DNA of 64,000 nt from Tubiluchus corallicola (GCA_030141605.1 JAQGDQ010000326.1:204369-268368), one strand, 5' to 3'; shown: positions 11,556 to 26,284, numbered from the stretch's first letter. Notes: generated by a model from the letters alone, not told the origin. Numbers and translations: made by a program.

Positions 11556-14184
11556 ACATCATAGAAATTCAAAATTTTAAGAGAAAAGAAGTTCCGATTG
11601 AATGTGTAAAAGTCCTGAAATTGTAAAAGTTAGCTCTGCATACTAGAGGTTAAAGACACATTGTTAGTAAAACGAGGTAATCGAATCACATCTATAAAAT
11701 GTGGTGCCAGAAATTTGTGAAGTTAATTTAGGAATCTGAATCTCTGATATACTAAACTGAACCAATGATACCAATAATGAGTGACATTGCTAAAATATTG
11801 CTGAGATATTGTTAAAACCGTAAATCAAGTTAGATAACAGTTTTTTTACGTCACAATCATATTGTTATGCAAGTTTCAATAGACTTGAAGTAATTTGAAA
11901 CGTTACAACGGGAAGACAGACCCTCCATTTCCTTTGCTTCTTGAAATTTTCACGTGTTTTAGTGCCAACAACACGGCCTCATTGAATTGTATTTGGTTTC
12001 TTTGTTTGTTCTATTTGTACAGTCATATAATAATTTGCAATAATCAAATGCATGCCTAGCTTGTTCAATAATTTAACTAAAGAGCGAAGCGCACAAATCT
12101 ATTGCTCTATACGTTATTCACAGGACAAACGAATCAGTTGTTACATGCTAATCAATAATGAAAATGACGCCATCGCGGCCATGATTAGAGAGCGAAATAT
12201 AGTTAGCATAAATTTGCATAATAATTACACATTGCTGGATCTGCGGTTAATTTTCAGTATTTATTCATGCGCTAAATCATTGCACTAAGTCGAATGAATG
12301 AGAGAACACGACGTTATCTGTTTAACTGAAGATATAGAAAAGTACTCAATTTCTCATTGACTTTATTAACCCTAAATTGACGCAAAAATGATCGCTAGGA
12401 CCCATTTGATGCTACTAAAGAAGCCGCAGTGATGGTTATAATTTTATGATATATCGTTTCGTTTGTGTATACGTTCCGAAGACTAAATGCTTTGCTACGG
12501 ATATTGAAATTATAGGTAGAAAAGCTTCTTGTAATGGCAAAAATATAGTTAAATATTGGAAATTGCGTTTATTTTGCTCTCTGGTATTTTTACATATAAC
12601 ACGAGAAAAAATGGCCCTAGCGTGGTATCACTTGTGCATGCCAAACGTAATATTTGTCTGAAATTCTCTGAGTTGTTTACAGTTGTAACTATAGATTCAT
12701 GTTTCCGAATATGAATAACCAAATATACTTACAGATCTTTTAACTATTTGCTTCAGCATGAGATTTTGTAGTTCATTAAATACAATGTAAAACGCCAAGA
12801 TAGTTTAATATAAAGTAATACAAAGTAAACGATTATATGAAAACATGTAAATTATTATAGAAAATTTACTACTATAAATGTAACACGTAAATGTAAAGTC
12901 GAACGTTGCCATGTGCTTCTTATGATGCACAACTTAAGGTTTCATATTGTTCCAAATGCCTATATTGGGAAAATATTTCGGCTAGCAAAACTAATAAATG
13001 TGAAATAAAAACTGCTGAGTTGCACATGACATTTAGAATAAGCTTGACCCTCACGAGTGATACTAAAATTCCCTGATCCAAGAGGATGTGCTACGCTTTT
13101 ACTCGAGTAACATGTAATATTCCCCGGAGCAGTGACAAATTGTAACATCTGTTAAGTTTATGTTTCTTTAGCAAATTAACACTCAAACATAAACTAAGCA
13201 GAAACGAGCAGCAATAAAGCGATTGAAACACAAAACTGTGAGACAGATGTCAAAACTAAGCAATGCAGCAATTGGCGCTCATTTCCGGAAAAAATTCTGG
13301 GGAAGCTGGGAAAATTCAAACTCGGGACGGTGAAAGTGACAACAAGAATTATGCACCACCTTCGTTGACGTTGTATGAGTGTTTGTGCTGCTGTGTTGTC
13401 ACAATGCAGAAAGGATGTCAGAAAAGTTGTTTTGGCATTCATTAAAATATCATTGTGTTGCTAGGAAGGCAGGAAGCCACCCTACTCTTCTCGCTGGTTT
13501 GTATGATGACGTAGCAATCAGAAACCAGTGACACTGGCAATTTTTATCTCTTTACGTCATTCATGTATGTGCACAATGTTCACACGTTGCAAATGGACTG
13601 TGAATCCTCTTTACTAGACATTGGTGCTTCAGCCACAAAGCACCTTTCTCTTTAAGTAATTAAAATGATAGAAAATGCGTTGAAAATGGTGGCAGGTGTC
13701 CCCAGTTTTTAGTTAGTAGTTCTATTTAATCAACAATGCTTATATTAACAATGATTTAATTCATTAGTCCAAATATGATGTAATTAAAGAACAAACTTAA
13801 ACGAAATTACTGAATCAAAATAATTATACTGTAGTATACTAAATTAACATGTAGTATTACCTATAGTAAACTACTGTAGTATATTACACTTTCCTGCAGA
13901 GGATACTATAGTTTAATCGCTGTTAGAGTAAAAATAAATCAAACTTTCTTGTTCACCGTGTAATTAACTGGAAACAGTCCAAACAGTAAAGACATACCAA
14001 GGTAAAAACGTCCTTATGCCGTCGAGATCATATATAAATACTTACTAGCATGCAACATAACATAACAGAGAAAAAAACAGAGTGAGACATAGAGTTATGG
14101 TGCATAGCCAAAACCAGGGGGCGCAATGTCCCCGTCCTCCCAGCGGGGTTTATATACCCCTCTTGAATCTATATTTTCCCGGCC

Positions 14185-14330
14185 GTTGCATTGGTGATTT
14201 GTTCCTATGGAAATGCGTTGAACTGGTGATCCGTTGCTATGGTGAACTGTTACTATGGTGATCTCTGTTGCTTTATTCGGCTAGCTGTTGCTAGGTTCTA
14301 ACCGTTGACTAATAAAACTTGTTGACTTAC
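14185..14330. repeat. 16-bp-period array of GTTRCTATGGTGAT-like motifs (RFX X-box-like)
   Basis: Units start at 14185, 14201, 14217, 14233 and 14249, then decay at 14267, 14287, 14304 and 14321. Confidence 0.75.
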
Positions 14331-16628
14331 ACTATAAACTAATTGGACCACTCAATAGGAGGCTGTCTTCTAAATTTTAATTAATAAATTTTAAAACTAA
14401 TTTTATAATTTTGGCGAAATTTAATAAATTTGATGACTTCGATCTCTGTTCTACTACGTTTGAATTATAAATTCTGCTACGCGTGTAGATTTTGTATTTG
14501 TTAAGGCCCTTGTTAGTACATGCTAACGTTAAGATCTCAAATATTTTGTTTATATAATTTATTTTTCAATTAAATTACAAATTTGCCCGCAGAGGTACCC
14601 GCAAAACAAGCTAAACGTTACACACGCCAGTAGAAATAAAATACGAGAAACACGAGAAACGTGCAGTTGACTTTAACTGAATAAGAAACTAAATTTAAGT
14701 TTACTGCTACAAAGATGACTACTAATGTACAATCACGTCTGTGGATTCAGCAAATTTGTTGAATTTTCTTCATACCAACTTGCACAAATGATAAATAATT
14801 CAGAAAGAAACAGTAAAAACATGTCGGCATACGCAGTGGAGGCCATTATACGTATTTACGTTTAACGATGGGCGCCGGCATGATAATTTCTAATATGTTT
14901 TCAATTTATCACGATTTCATTAGTACTAAAACGCTCGTTCAGACCCGGGCTCGTGCGCACGTGCAACACAGCATTACCGGTTTGTTTTTATTGACTCAAG
15001 ATCTAATTAACGATGAACGTAAAATGTGCATTTGCAACTGAGGAAGCCTTTTATACCAATTCACAGTTCACTTCATGAAGAAGCTGATTAAATCTTCGCA
15101 CTTTTGCCTGTTTACAAAGCGCACCTCTGGATTATAGCATTTATAAATAATTTAACATTCTGCAGCACTTGAACTTTTTCGCCCCTCCCACCCAATGTAA
15201 ATTTAAAAAAATTGACGAGTGGCATTTTATTTAGAGACCATCAGCCAGGTGTCGACACCTGACAGGTGATATAATACAACTGCACGGACTCTTGTTGATA
15301 GAAGTCTGAAAAATGTACTTAGAGACTATAAGTTTTAGTTGAGCGCTCACTTATAATAATTTTCGACAGACGTGATTTCTTGCGGGCGTACTTTTTAATA
15401 ATGTTTCGTCTTATTTTATTTTATTATTATTACTATATTTTTTTTGTCTTTTGGCATGTTACTTTCAACAGAAATAAAATAGCCACAGCGGCCACTGTGA
15501 ATGTTATAGTTTTACAGAAGGCAAGTAGCTATTATATGAGATTGTATATGTAAAAGTGTGCTTTAGTTTTTTTAGATAGGAGTATTTTGCTGTAGCTTAT
15601 ATCATTTTTTACTTTATTACTTGTGTTTCTTATGCACTCCTACTGCACTCGTAGTTTTATGTTTTGCACCAGACGCATTTGCTTATTAGCAGTGTAGCCC
15701 AGGCAATCACTGAATAATATTTCACATATATATTATACATATATTTTTCTGATTAAGACGGCATGAGAACAATGTCGAATCTGATTATTGCTAGTCTTCA
15801 ACAAAACTATTACATTATCCTTGGCAGTTGTGGCTATTTTGTTGTATTAAGCAGTGTTTTAGCAATATAGTTGTTTGCATTTGTAAATTTATATTCACTT
15901 GTTTGTTAAAGTGATGCAATACTCCTTATGCAAAGTTGTGCATAATCACAACAACGTGGCTGCAGATGAACACTTACATTTCGATATGAAAACGCTACTT
16001 TTCATGCGCAAACATGTGCTCTTCATAAAAAACGGCTGACACAGAGGAAAATAAAGTCGTTAAATTTTTACAAGTGTTTGCAGTTGAACAACGCATGGTT
16101 TTATTCATCTTCTGCACATGTGGCGTTTGGAGCAAGAAGCAAAGAGTAATATTTATCTAAAGTTACACTTTTCGCATTTTCTTGCAACGCTCTAACTCGT
16201 TTAATGGCAAAAGCCATATGTTTCGATTAACAACTGAATTATAGAGTGTGAAACAAAAAAGGCAAGACACCGCAGACAGATAATCTCCACAAGTTTTAAG
16301 CATGTAAATTATACTTGTTTATGATTACGCATTTACTAGTGCATGTTGAATACAAGAGTAAAAGCATAGACCAGTTTTTCTTCTAATAATCATTACTGTT
16401 TATGCGAATGCGACTGCAAATACTTTTCTTGTTCTTCCATTCGTTTAATTGTTTTTCCTTTTTAATTTTTTCTTCTAATCATATTTTTTGCCTGCTTCCT
16501 CTCTTTTTTCTTATCCTTCTTTTTCCTGTCTTCTTTTTGCTTTTCTCTTTTTCTTTGTTTTCTTTCTCTGTTAAATTCTTTCTTTTTTTGTTTTTATCTT
16601 TCTTGTTTACTATTCCTCTTTTCTGCTC

Positions 16629-16629
<1 letters not shown>

Positions 16630-16663
<34 letters not shown>

Positions 16664-16692
16664 TATTATCATTATTATTATTATTATTATTA

Positions 16693-16724
<32 letters not shown>

Positions 16725-16768
16725 ATTGTTGTTGTTGTTGTTGTTATTGCTATTGCTATTGCTATTGC

Positions 16769-16856
<88 letters not shown>
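16630..16856. repeat. Compound microsatellite (TTA)n/(TTG)n/(TTGCTA)n within a pyrimidine-rich low-complexity tract (about 16420-17030)
   Basis: Direct reading of the sequence. Confidence 0.97.
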
Positions 16857-18164
16857 TTCTTTGTCACGTTCTGCTGCTTTGTTTAACCATTTCTTCACTG
16901 TTTCATTCGTTCATTTATTTGTCTGTTCAATTGTTCCTTCGTTTCTTCCTTCACATATTATTTTTTCGTTTTTTATTTTTTTCCTTCTTTTTCCTTGTTC
17001 CGTTTCTTGTTTTGTTTCTTTCTTTAGTACTTCTTGCGTCACAGTTTTGAATAAGACTGTTTAATTTACTAGCGTGAGAGTTAATAGATTGGTTTTTGTA
17101 GTCCGCTAAGTTGTTTCGTTTCAGGGCAAAAAATAACTTGCTTCATGCCCATGTAACAGTAACATCACAAGTAACCATTAGAAAAAGCTGAAATTTCTTT
17201 AACATCATAAGATGACATGCACTAAGAGGAAGATCTTACTTATAACAGTTAACCTAATAGCTAGTTAATTGAAGAGGGAGGCAATGAAAAATTGGAGATG
17301 AACAAGGAGTAGAACCCATAACCTTTCGGGGTTCCATACAGTCTGTATCTCACGATAAAAATGTGCCATTTTAGACACGACGAAAAGCAAATTTTCTGGT
17401 ATTTCGTAATGAATATGCTGCATTTCTTAGATCTTCCTTGGTGTGCGCCTAGAAATTTTCAAGCCTGATATATGTATTCGTGATGCAAATTAATTGATTT
17501 ATAGTGCGGCTTTTATTTCTCGTCATTATTATTAAAAGGTGCATTAACGTTTTTAATTAGGCATTATATATCATGATACCTTATTTAAATTTCGCTCGCA
17601 GCGCAGTAAAATTTACTTTTCTTGAAAAGTATCTGTGTGTACAACGTAATTCTTTAGGGGTTGAGAATTCCTGTAATAAATTTAGTAATTAAGCGCTTTT
17701 TATGTTAAATCAATATTTAGTTTTGCAGTGCAGATGCAACTAGATAAACTGACACATTCCAAAGTTGCGACCAGTTGCTATCTTTCTTACATTCATGCCT
17801 GGCTAACGATGGCAAATTTTCTGTAAATTTTATCTGATAATAATATTCCAAGACGTTGCGGACAACTGTTCTCAGGTATTTTTACGAAACATTAAAAAAC
17901 TTGAAATTTACACGTGCACTCGGTAACTGCTGCCAAATAGTCTGAGTTTCATTGTACTGGCATTGGTCGAGAAATCGTTTTAACAAGATTCTATCCCTGC
18001 TTTTGGCCTTCGCAACACTTGTTGCTTCTTCAATCTTCTTCTATGCTTAGCACTAATTCTTTTTTCTGCAATTATCTGGACTCTTGATAATCTCGCTGCA
18101 CTCCCTAAGACAAATATCCTTGGTAAATTCCTAACCGACACCTAACTGGATTTTGATACCTAAT

Positions 18165-18528
18165 GAATGGATTTGAACTATATGGGACTGAACTGCATTG
18201 AATTGGATTGCATTGGATTGGATTGGAGTGGATTGGATTGGGGTAGCATAGAGTAGGGTAGAGTAAGGTAGAGTATGATAGATTGTATTGGATTGAATTC
18301 GACTAGACTGAATTGGATTAGGTTAGGTTAGGTTGGGTTGAGTTGGTTTGGGTTGGATTGGACTGGATTGAATTCTATTGGACTCGATAGGACTGGATTA
18401 GACTGGGCTGAGCTAAATTAAGTTAGATTGAGTCAAGCTGAGTTAATTTGTGTTGTGTTTATTTTGGATTGGGTTGGATTAGATTAGGTTAGCTTAGACT
18501 AGACTGGACTGGACTGGACTGGACTAGA
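18165..18528. repeat. Degenerate pentanucleotide satellite (GGATT/GGACT/AGGTT)n including a short (TTAGG)3 run
   Basis: 5-bp periodicity; TTAGGTTAGGTTAGG at about 18318-18332. Confidence 0.9.
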
Positions 18529-21519
18529 CCTTATGGTGAAGCAGATTTTCCAGAACAAATCTGGTGTGAACAAACTACCTCCAAAAACTTGCTATAATAG
18601 CCGCTAAATCAACCAAAAATGAATTATTCACGCAGTTGTACACTATTACAAACTTAAAAAGAATTATTTAACGACAGTTTCTGTAAGTTATTATTGTAGT
18701 TGTGAAAAATGTTTTGTCTGCACAAAATGTGGTGAATACCTATCACCTTGGTCGGAATAAGCGTCGAATATTCGATAATCCGACGGCACAACATTAACTT
18801 GTCACTAGTAATAAATAAATAAGACATCAAATACATATATATATATATATATATATCCGAGGCTGTGCCACCTGGAAATTTTCAAAGTGCTGACAGTTAT
18901 GATCGGCCAACAGGCAGAGATGCCTAACATCTACAACCGAATGGGTATGGTATGATATGATATGATATGATATGATGCAATTTTACTGACTATCTGTCGA
19001 ATTTTATTGTCTTGGAGGCAGAATTCTTTATGATAAAATTCTTCCTGACCAAAAGAGTTTGCAATACGCATAACAGGCAATCGATGATTGATTATTACTC
19101 AGTGCCCATTACTAATTTTCTCAGCATCAATAGAAGCAAAAACTCTTTAAGTTACAGTTCAGCCTACGCGAAAACATGAAACTAGTCTTCCTATTACAGT
19201 TCTGATTTTTGTGAGCCTATGAAACAAGCTGTTATAGCTTTAACGGTTTCGAATTTTAATGTGTCACTTATTCGACTCGCCATATTTCATTAAAACTCGC
19301 ATGCTTTAACTCACTAACAGGCTAGCATTCATTTAAATTTCAATTTATCGCTCTCACGGTACAAGTGTAGAATCATGAGCTCGATTATTGTACTTTACTC
19401 CTTTCGTATGCAGATTACACATAATTGATAACCCGTAATTTCGCCAAAGAACAATGAAATCTTGAATTTTTCTGTTGACTTAACAGCTGAATTGGATATA
19501 TGAAAGAGAATAAATAAACAGAACGTCTCTCGCGAATGAGTAAAAATCAAATAACGACGCCGAGGCGTGTATTGTTTCAAGTTTTAAAGTTAATTGCCTT
19601 CTTGCTAAATCACTGCCCAGTGTTTTAATTAAAGCGTCGCTGTACGTGTCAAGTGCTTTTAATCCTTTTTTTAGTTAACGCCGTCCTGGAAATTTTGCAC
19701 CGAAAATGATCAAGGCTTCAAGTGAAGTTTGAACATTTTACGGTGGTTAAAATTGGCGGGGGGGGGGGGGAGAGAAGAGGTCATTTGTACGAAGAAAAAC
19801 TGCGTAAAAGAGTTGAGACGGGAGTGCATGAAAGGCTTGACAGCGAAAGAGACAAGCTAGGAAATATGAAATGTTACACGATAAATATTTTTCGAAAAGT
19901 AAACTTGAACGGGCGGGTTGGGAGATAGTTGTACGTATACCTAGCAGCTATAGCGGTAACCAGACAAAACAAAAGTAAATAGATAGGGTAAACGGGTTAT
20001 GTAGGTAGTAAGAATAGGTAGAAAATTAGATAAATAAATGAGCTGGTAATATCTGGGTAGGTAAGTAGACAAACAAGCAGCCAGGCAGGCTAGAAGAGTT
20101 GCTGATTCGTAAGAATTTTTAAAATAGATAAAGCGCTTTAGAAGATGATGATGCTGTTTCGCAGTCTTTGCTAAAATTTAGTTCTCTTGTTTACATTTAA
20201 TCACATTAGCATAGAAGAAAACTAAAGTACAATTTTTGAAAAAAATTAACGCAATTTTTCCGCACACATGCTTCTTTCTGATACTAATGATCACATTCAT
20301 CTGACTAATTAATTAAATAGGCCTGATCTTAGTTCTGAAGCAAACCTCATTAAGCTACTTTAAATAGTCTAGCTGGAATTTGTCAGCAAAATGTTAGAAG
20401 TTGTAATTTCATACCCAATGATTACTTACCTATTAGTAGTTGTTAAATTTGACCGACTAGAAACTACATAAGCTATATCGTATAATTCGACATTATAGTC
20501 ACTATTAAAATCTAATTTCATTACCTATTACGCATTTTTCGCAGCGTACTTGAGTACTTTACCCGCTAACCCCTAGGCATAACTTTTTTCATTTAACTGC
20601 GTTTGCTTGCTTGAAATTTTAAAGCAATGAACGCTAATTACGCAAGAGAACGGCCTGCTGTGTTAATTAGTAAAAATGAATTTTCCAATGCAAATTTTAA
20701 TTACACCGTGGTAATGACAAATTCGCAGTATTATTTCAGCAAAAACGCAACAACTAAGCGGGCGCGCGTGTTAGCACGAAAACAATTGCTTCTTCACACG
20801 AAAACCATATCACCACATAAAAGGAGTTTTTTAAATTCTTAACCAGTTCTTTGTCACTGCTGTGAACTTTTTTTATTTTCTCTATTGTCATTTGCGTGAG
20901 ATTACGCGATGTCGTGAAAGAATAATTGCATCCATTAAGCATCGTGGAAATAAAACAAACACGTGCAAAGTATAACGTCGAGGGAATATCTATTATACAG
21001 AATCTAAAACTTTCACTTAAAAAAATTAATAGTATTTTAACGAATATTATGATACCAGTGCTTCTTAAAGAGAATGATCAACAAATATTTTGCTAAGTAA
21101 CTTCCTGACTATGGCGTTGACGCAGATTATAGAAATTACGAAGATTTTTTTCTGTCAAGTAGAGACCAGAGTTCTTTTCAGAGTTTTTAAACAAGTAATA
21201 GTGTTATTAACTGACCGGATTTTGAAAAAATTTAAATCAAAGATTTACTCGTTTCCCGCTTTAATAAGCGATCTAGAGTTAACAAGATTTTGTCTAGTAA
21301 AGTGCAGGTATTTAGCTTTTCCAGGTTCTACATCAATCGTGCAATTTGCTTACAGTAGGATACGAAATTTCAAGGAAGGCTTTCTGCAGCTGTGAAACTT
21401 CAATAAGACTTGACTTTTAAAGAAATTTTGTTATTTTGAAGTGTCAAGTAACTACTAATCTTTATTTTCTATTAAATTGAAACAAAAGACTGTTAATAAA
21501 AAATATAAATTTCTTTTAT

Positions 21520-22068
21520 TTCAGTTCAATTCATTCACGTCCAGTCCAGTTAAGTCAAGCCCAATTCAGTCAAGTCCAGTCCAGTCCAGCCAAATCCGGT
21601 CTAGTCTTGTTCAGTCCAGTGCGGTCCGGTCTGATCAATCCAATTCAGTCTGGTCCAATCCAGTTCAGTCTAATCTTGTCCGGTCCAATACAGTCCTGCC
21701 CTGCCCTGCCTTGCCCTGTCCTGCCCAGCATGCCCTACTCTGCCCTGCCCTGCCCTGCCCTGCCCTGCCCTGCCCTGCCCTGTCCTGCCCAGCATTGCCC
21801 TACTCTGCCCTGCCCTGCCCTGTCCTGTCCTGTCCTGTCCTGTCCTGTCCGGTCCTGTCCTGTCCTATCCTGTCCTGTCCTGTCCTGTCCTGTCCTGTCC
21901 TGTCATGTCCTACCCTGTCCTGTCCTGTCCTGTCCTGTCCAGTCCTGTCCTGTCCAATCCAGTCCAGTCCAGTCCAGTCCAGTCCAGTCCAGTCCAGTCC
22001 AGTCCAGTCCAGTCCAGTCCAGTCCAGTCCAGTCCAGTCCAGTTTAGTCCAGTCCGTTCCAGTCCAAT
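21520..22068. repeat. Pentanucleotide satellite (CCAGT)n-(CCTGC)n-(CCTGT)n-(CCAGT)n
   Basis: Near-perfect 5-bp repeats arranged in blocks; responsible for the spurious SSPVQ/CPALP/CPVLS ORFs. Confidence 0.95.
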
Positions 22069-25000
22069 ATGACGTTATTTAAAGTATTAAAAATGCTGAT
22101 TTACAGAGAAACATCGTGAAAAATCTGGGCAACTTTAGGTGTAAAGTCCATTTCAATAAAATATCGTAAAATGTAGTAGCATTTTCGGCGGCATAGTCTG
22201 ATTAACTGTCATTTGAGTAAACCATTTTCTGCAGAAGGATGAATTGTTCAGCTGCCAAATGTCCAGATGTCTATTATGTGATACGTCCGAACCGAATGGT
22301 TACCTAAGAGCACAATTTGGGCTAATGTGTTCTTGTTAAAACGCTTGCTTGCATATTATGAACGCCAAGTTTTCTCTCTCAGGCACAGTAAGCAACAAAA
22401 TCTACTACAAAACCAAGCCTAACTGCACAAAAATTCTGATAAAATTAAAATCAATCTATTGGGCCATTCCTGATTAAATAACTTCTCGGCATTTGTAAAA
22501 AAGGAACGCGTCTACAAATGTGCGTGTTCTCATAGTATAATCTAAGCGCAAAAGTTTTGATTAAGATAGAGGATCATGCAACAAAAAAAAATAGAAAATT
22601 ATTAAAAACGAGTAAAGACTTAATTATAAGTTATGATAATAATTTATTTAATAAATGTCAGCTGAGGTAAGGTGATTGGTTACTTATCAGTCTCAAAGCG
22701 TAAAAAGCCATATTTCGCATCGTCGATTTTTTCACTTTTTGTCCATCAGTGAATGTTAATTACTCTGCACCGTAATTATGTTAATTAGTGCTGCATGACG
22801 TAAATCTCATTAACGACCTGGACAGTTTTAAAGTGCATTTACATCGTAAAAACGATCGTAAATTTTGGTAATTCTAATTCGATTAGAAGTACATGAGTTA
22901 TATGGTTCAACTACATTCAGTTTGAAAAATGTTTGTTATTTTACATATTATTATTGTTACTATTACTATTTAGGCACAAAAGTACAATAAAGAAAAAGTA
23001 AAAAGCACATAAAGAACGTAAAAAGCGTATGAAGAATATTAGGCCTTCAAGCGTGCCAGGGCTAGCAGCAGGGAACTTAATCCCCAAACAGGAAGCTGCC
23101 TGCTGGCCCATACTTGTGAAGCGAAGAGGAGAATCAGTGAAAATAAATAATCATTAAAAAAGGATAAAATGCCCAAAAATCAAATACGAAACACAAAAAT
23201 CAGATATAAAATGCACTTGAAAATAAATTGATTAAGAAAAGTATAAACTGTAAGCAAACCATTGAGTAAAACCATTGTGCAAGTGAAAAAAAACGTAAAA
23301 TAATAACTAACCGTTTATTCCAGTGGTTTAGTTGAAAGCTTAAGTCACTAAAACATCAACTGTAATGCAAAGTAAATCACACCTGAGTTGAGAGTCTATG
23401 CCAATCTCAATTACAGGTATATCTAAAACAGTTTTTTATTCCAAGAAATGTTTAACAAACTTTTAATTGCACTTTTTTCTAAGGGCATCGAATACCGAGT
23501 TTGTGAAATTCATTTAGTTTTTAATAATTTTACATGATTGTATAAGTGACACAAAACCATCAGCTTCTATGCCTATTAGTCACTCGATCTCTGCCTATTG
23601 AAAATGATTCTTTTGTGTTTGCGTCAGCGACAAAAATCCTTTGTTTGAGCGAAAAGATGTTTCGGGCATATCTTACTAACTAAAACAAAGACTCGCTTAA
23701 ACACAAAAGCCATTTTATTGTGCTATAATCTGTTAATTTTAAATTCGTGCAGTTTAAGTGTCGGTGCACGCTTTAAAACAAAGCGGGTTAACTGTTGTAA
23801 CCCAGGCGGTATTCATTTCACAAAGTTGTCACAAAATAAATTTAGTCCCTAATTAAAATTCAGGATATCGGAAGCATTTATAGAGAGAGGGTCGCTAATT
23901 AAGCTTGCAATTGAAACGACATTTATGAGCGCTAGAGAAGCGCGCGCATATTGTTTTTACTTGAATAGAAGTAGATTGTACATAGCAACTTCCGAGAAGT
24001 TTTTTGGCTTCAATAATTAAGAATGGAAATAAATGTGAAACACCAACTGAGAACAGTGGTTTCGTATGTGATAATCTAATGTATAATTGGTGACCTGAAA
24101 AATTTTTGCTTTACTCGTCGAGCCCATACCTCCTCAAAAGAAAACTAACAACATTTTATTCACATTATCAGTAGATTAGGACATATAACGGATGGCGCAA
24201 AAAATGTGCTAAAGTTTAGACTGCAATAGTATTAGAACCAATTAACCTACAAAGTTGAAGTTTCACTGCTTGATGTTACAATACATTAGCTTTTGGCTGA
24301 GAAACTTGCAACTTTACACTTTTAACAGTTTTTAAATTATAGCTGAAAAGATTTTGCATGTTAGAAAATAAAGCACTGAAAAAAATTGTTGCCAGGAAAA
24401 AATGGAACTCAATCCCCTGGATTAAGGTACCTGTAAGTCCCTTCAAGAGAACGTGTACAATGACCGCACAGACCAGGAACTAAATGAAAAATTGCTGAAT
24501 GCTGGGACCAATCCTTAAAGAAGTGAAAAACTATGTCAGCTGTTGAAAAAACGCCTTCATCTAGTTTTCATTGAAAATGGCGGACACATAGAGCACTTGC
24601 TATCAATTATAACAATGGTGAATTTTCGGCATTTATTTTTTTGACTTGTCTTAGAACTTCTGTTGTTCTTAGAACTTCACAGGAAAAATCTGCGAGGATT
24701 CCTTTATGTTTTCGGTACTTATACACAAACGTTTGTAATGTTCAAGCGATTTCGTTTGCAAGTGTTGTGATCAAAACTTCGCCATATCTTTTTCCGCCAT
24801 CTGATATACTCAACTGCTATTAGTTTCAGAAATTTAGGAATTGCAGTTTATACACACCGGTAAAATAAAAGATTACAGTCAAAAAATGACGTGCAGGTGC
24901 AAAACAAAATTAATTTAAACTCATTCAAAATTTATTTAATAAAACGACCACCTTTCGGTGTTTTAGATTGTTACTTTTTCCAGTAACAATAACATTAACA

Positions 25001-26284
25001 TTCACTTAATTTCACTTAATTTGGTTTTAAGCAAATAGGCAAATATAATATCTTTCTGCTCTTCTCTTAGAATGATTCTCACACTAAAAAATCTACTTAG
25101 GGATGTTAAAGAGGCTATTCGTCCCTATGGACGAAATTAAACTGCGTTGGTTTAACGGTGAACCTCGTCATTGAGGATTGAACTTGCAACAGCAATTGTT
25201 ATAATCAGCGTTTAAAGATTTGGTGGAAGCCCAGATCAAGCACTAAACGATAAGGTCTTTTTAATGGGACCAGAACTTATCTTATTGCTAAGCATGACCC
25301 TCTCAGATGCAGCACTGAACCAAGTGCTGAGGTAGTTTGTCATGTTAATATTATACACCTGTGGATAAATAGCCAGAAGCTGCTCATCCATATACTAACC
25401 AGGCTTTCTGTTGCTAAACTATCGTTGCAAAACAGTCTCCATGACGACGCCATTTCAGCTGTTCTTCTCGCACATGAATGGCGTTTTGACAGCAATGTCA
25501 TACCTATCCTATACCAGACATGGAGTCATGTCGAAGCCATTCGGCCACTTTTTATGTTTTCGCCCAGAGGGTGTGTTATTCGTAGACTATGACCGGGTGC
25601 TGGGATCGAATTGTAGACCAACAGGACACTGGCGACATTGCATTTTATTGTTCTACTTGTCTTGTGAGTATTCTGCATGATAATAATTTTTTTTAAATAC
25701 GAATTCAACTTCACATTGTAGTTAGAGTTAGATCTATTGAAGTTAACTATGATTAGCGATATGATAAGTCAGATTGGCCTTATTAAATTACATTACAGGT
25801 CTTCTCATTTATGTTTGTAAATACGGTGCAGTAAATAAAGTAGAGTTATGAAAAGTTTTTTCTTATTCTGCTGTATTGTGATAGCTACGTTAGTAATAAT
25901 CGTAACATGTTTATAAGACTTCATGTTAAACGATAATGCGTTGAACGCACAATCAGCTTCAGTTACAGTTAGTGTTTCGTGGGATCACTGGATCAAGTCA
26001 TCGTAGGACACCGGGCCACGTGAAAAACGTGTATTATAAACGAGTCTTACGATCCAGGATAAGGTGTACATTTTATAATACGCGTTTTTAATTTTTTAGC
26101 TACAACAAACTCTCTCAGACAATCAAGATTTTCACATTAACAAACACTCATGCAAGGGCAAATAAGTGCTAAATTCTAAACAAAGATTTGAGTTGATGAT
26201 GCTATTATCTGAAGTTTTATAATCGGAAGTGGTGCTGAGTCCTGATAAGCCACTGGCATAACAGTGTCTAGGTTTTTTTGCTCA

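Noticed and set aside
14185-14330. CRISPR-like array
   Set aside because: Eukaryotic context; 16-bp tandem units with no unique spacers and no cas genes
16402-17064. 220-aa poly-Leu, 139-aa poly-Asn and poly-Ile ORFs
   Set aside because: Translations of the (TTA)n/(TTG)n microsatellite
18318-18332. Telomere or chromosome fusion site
   Set aside because: Only three TTAGG units, embedded in a degenerate pentamer array
21477-22082. Cys/Pro-rich 201-aa and 146-aa ORFs resembling keratin-associated proteins
   Set aside because: Stop-free translation of pentamer DNA repeats, open in several frames
25130-25640. Possible Deu-domain SINE on the minus strand
   Set aside because: Only a B-box-like TTCGATCCCAG and faint similarity recalled from memory; not supportable without alignment
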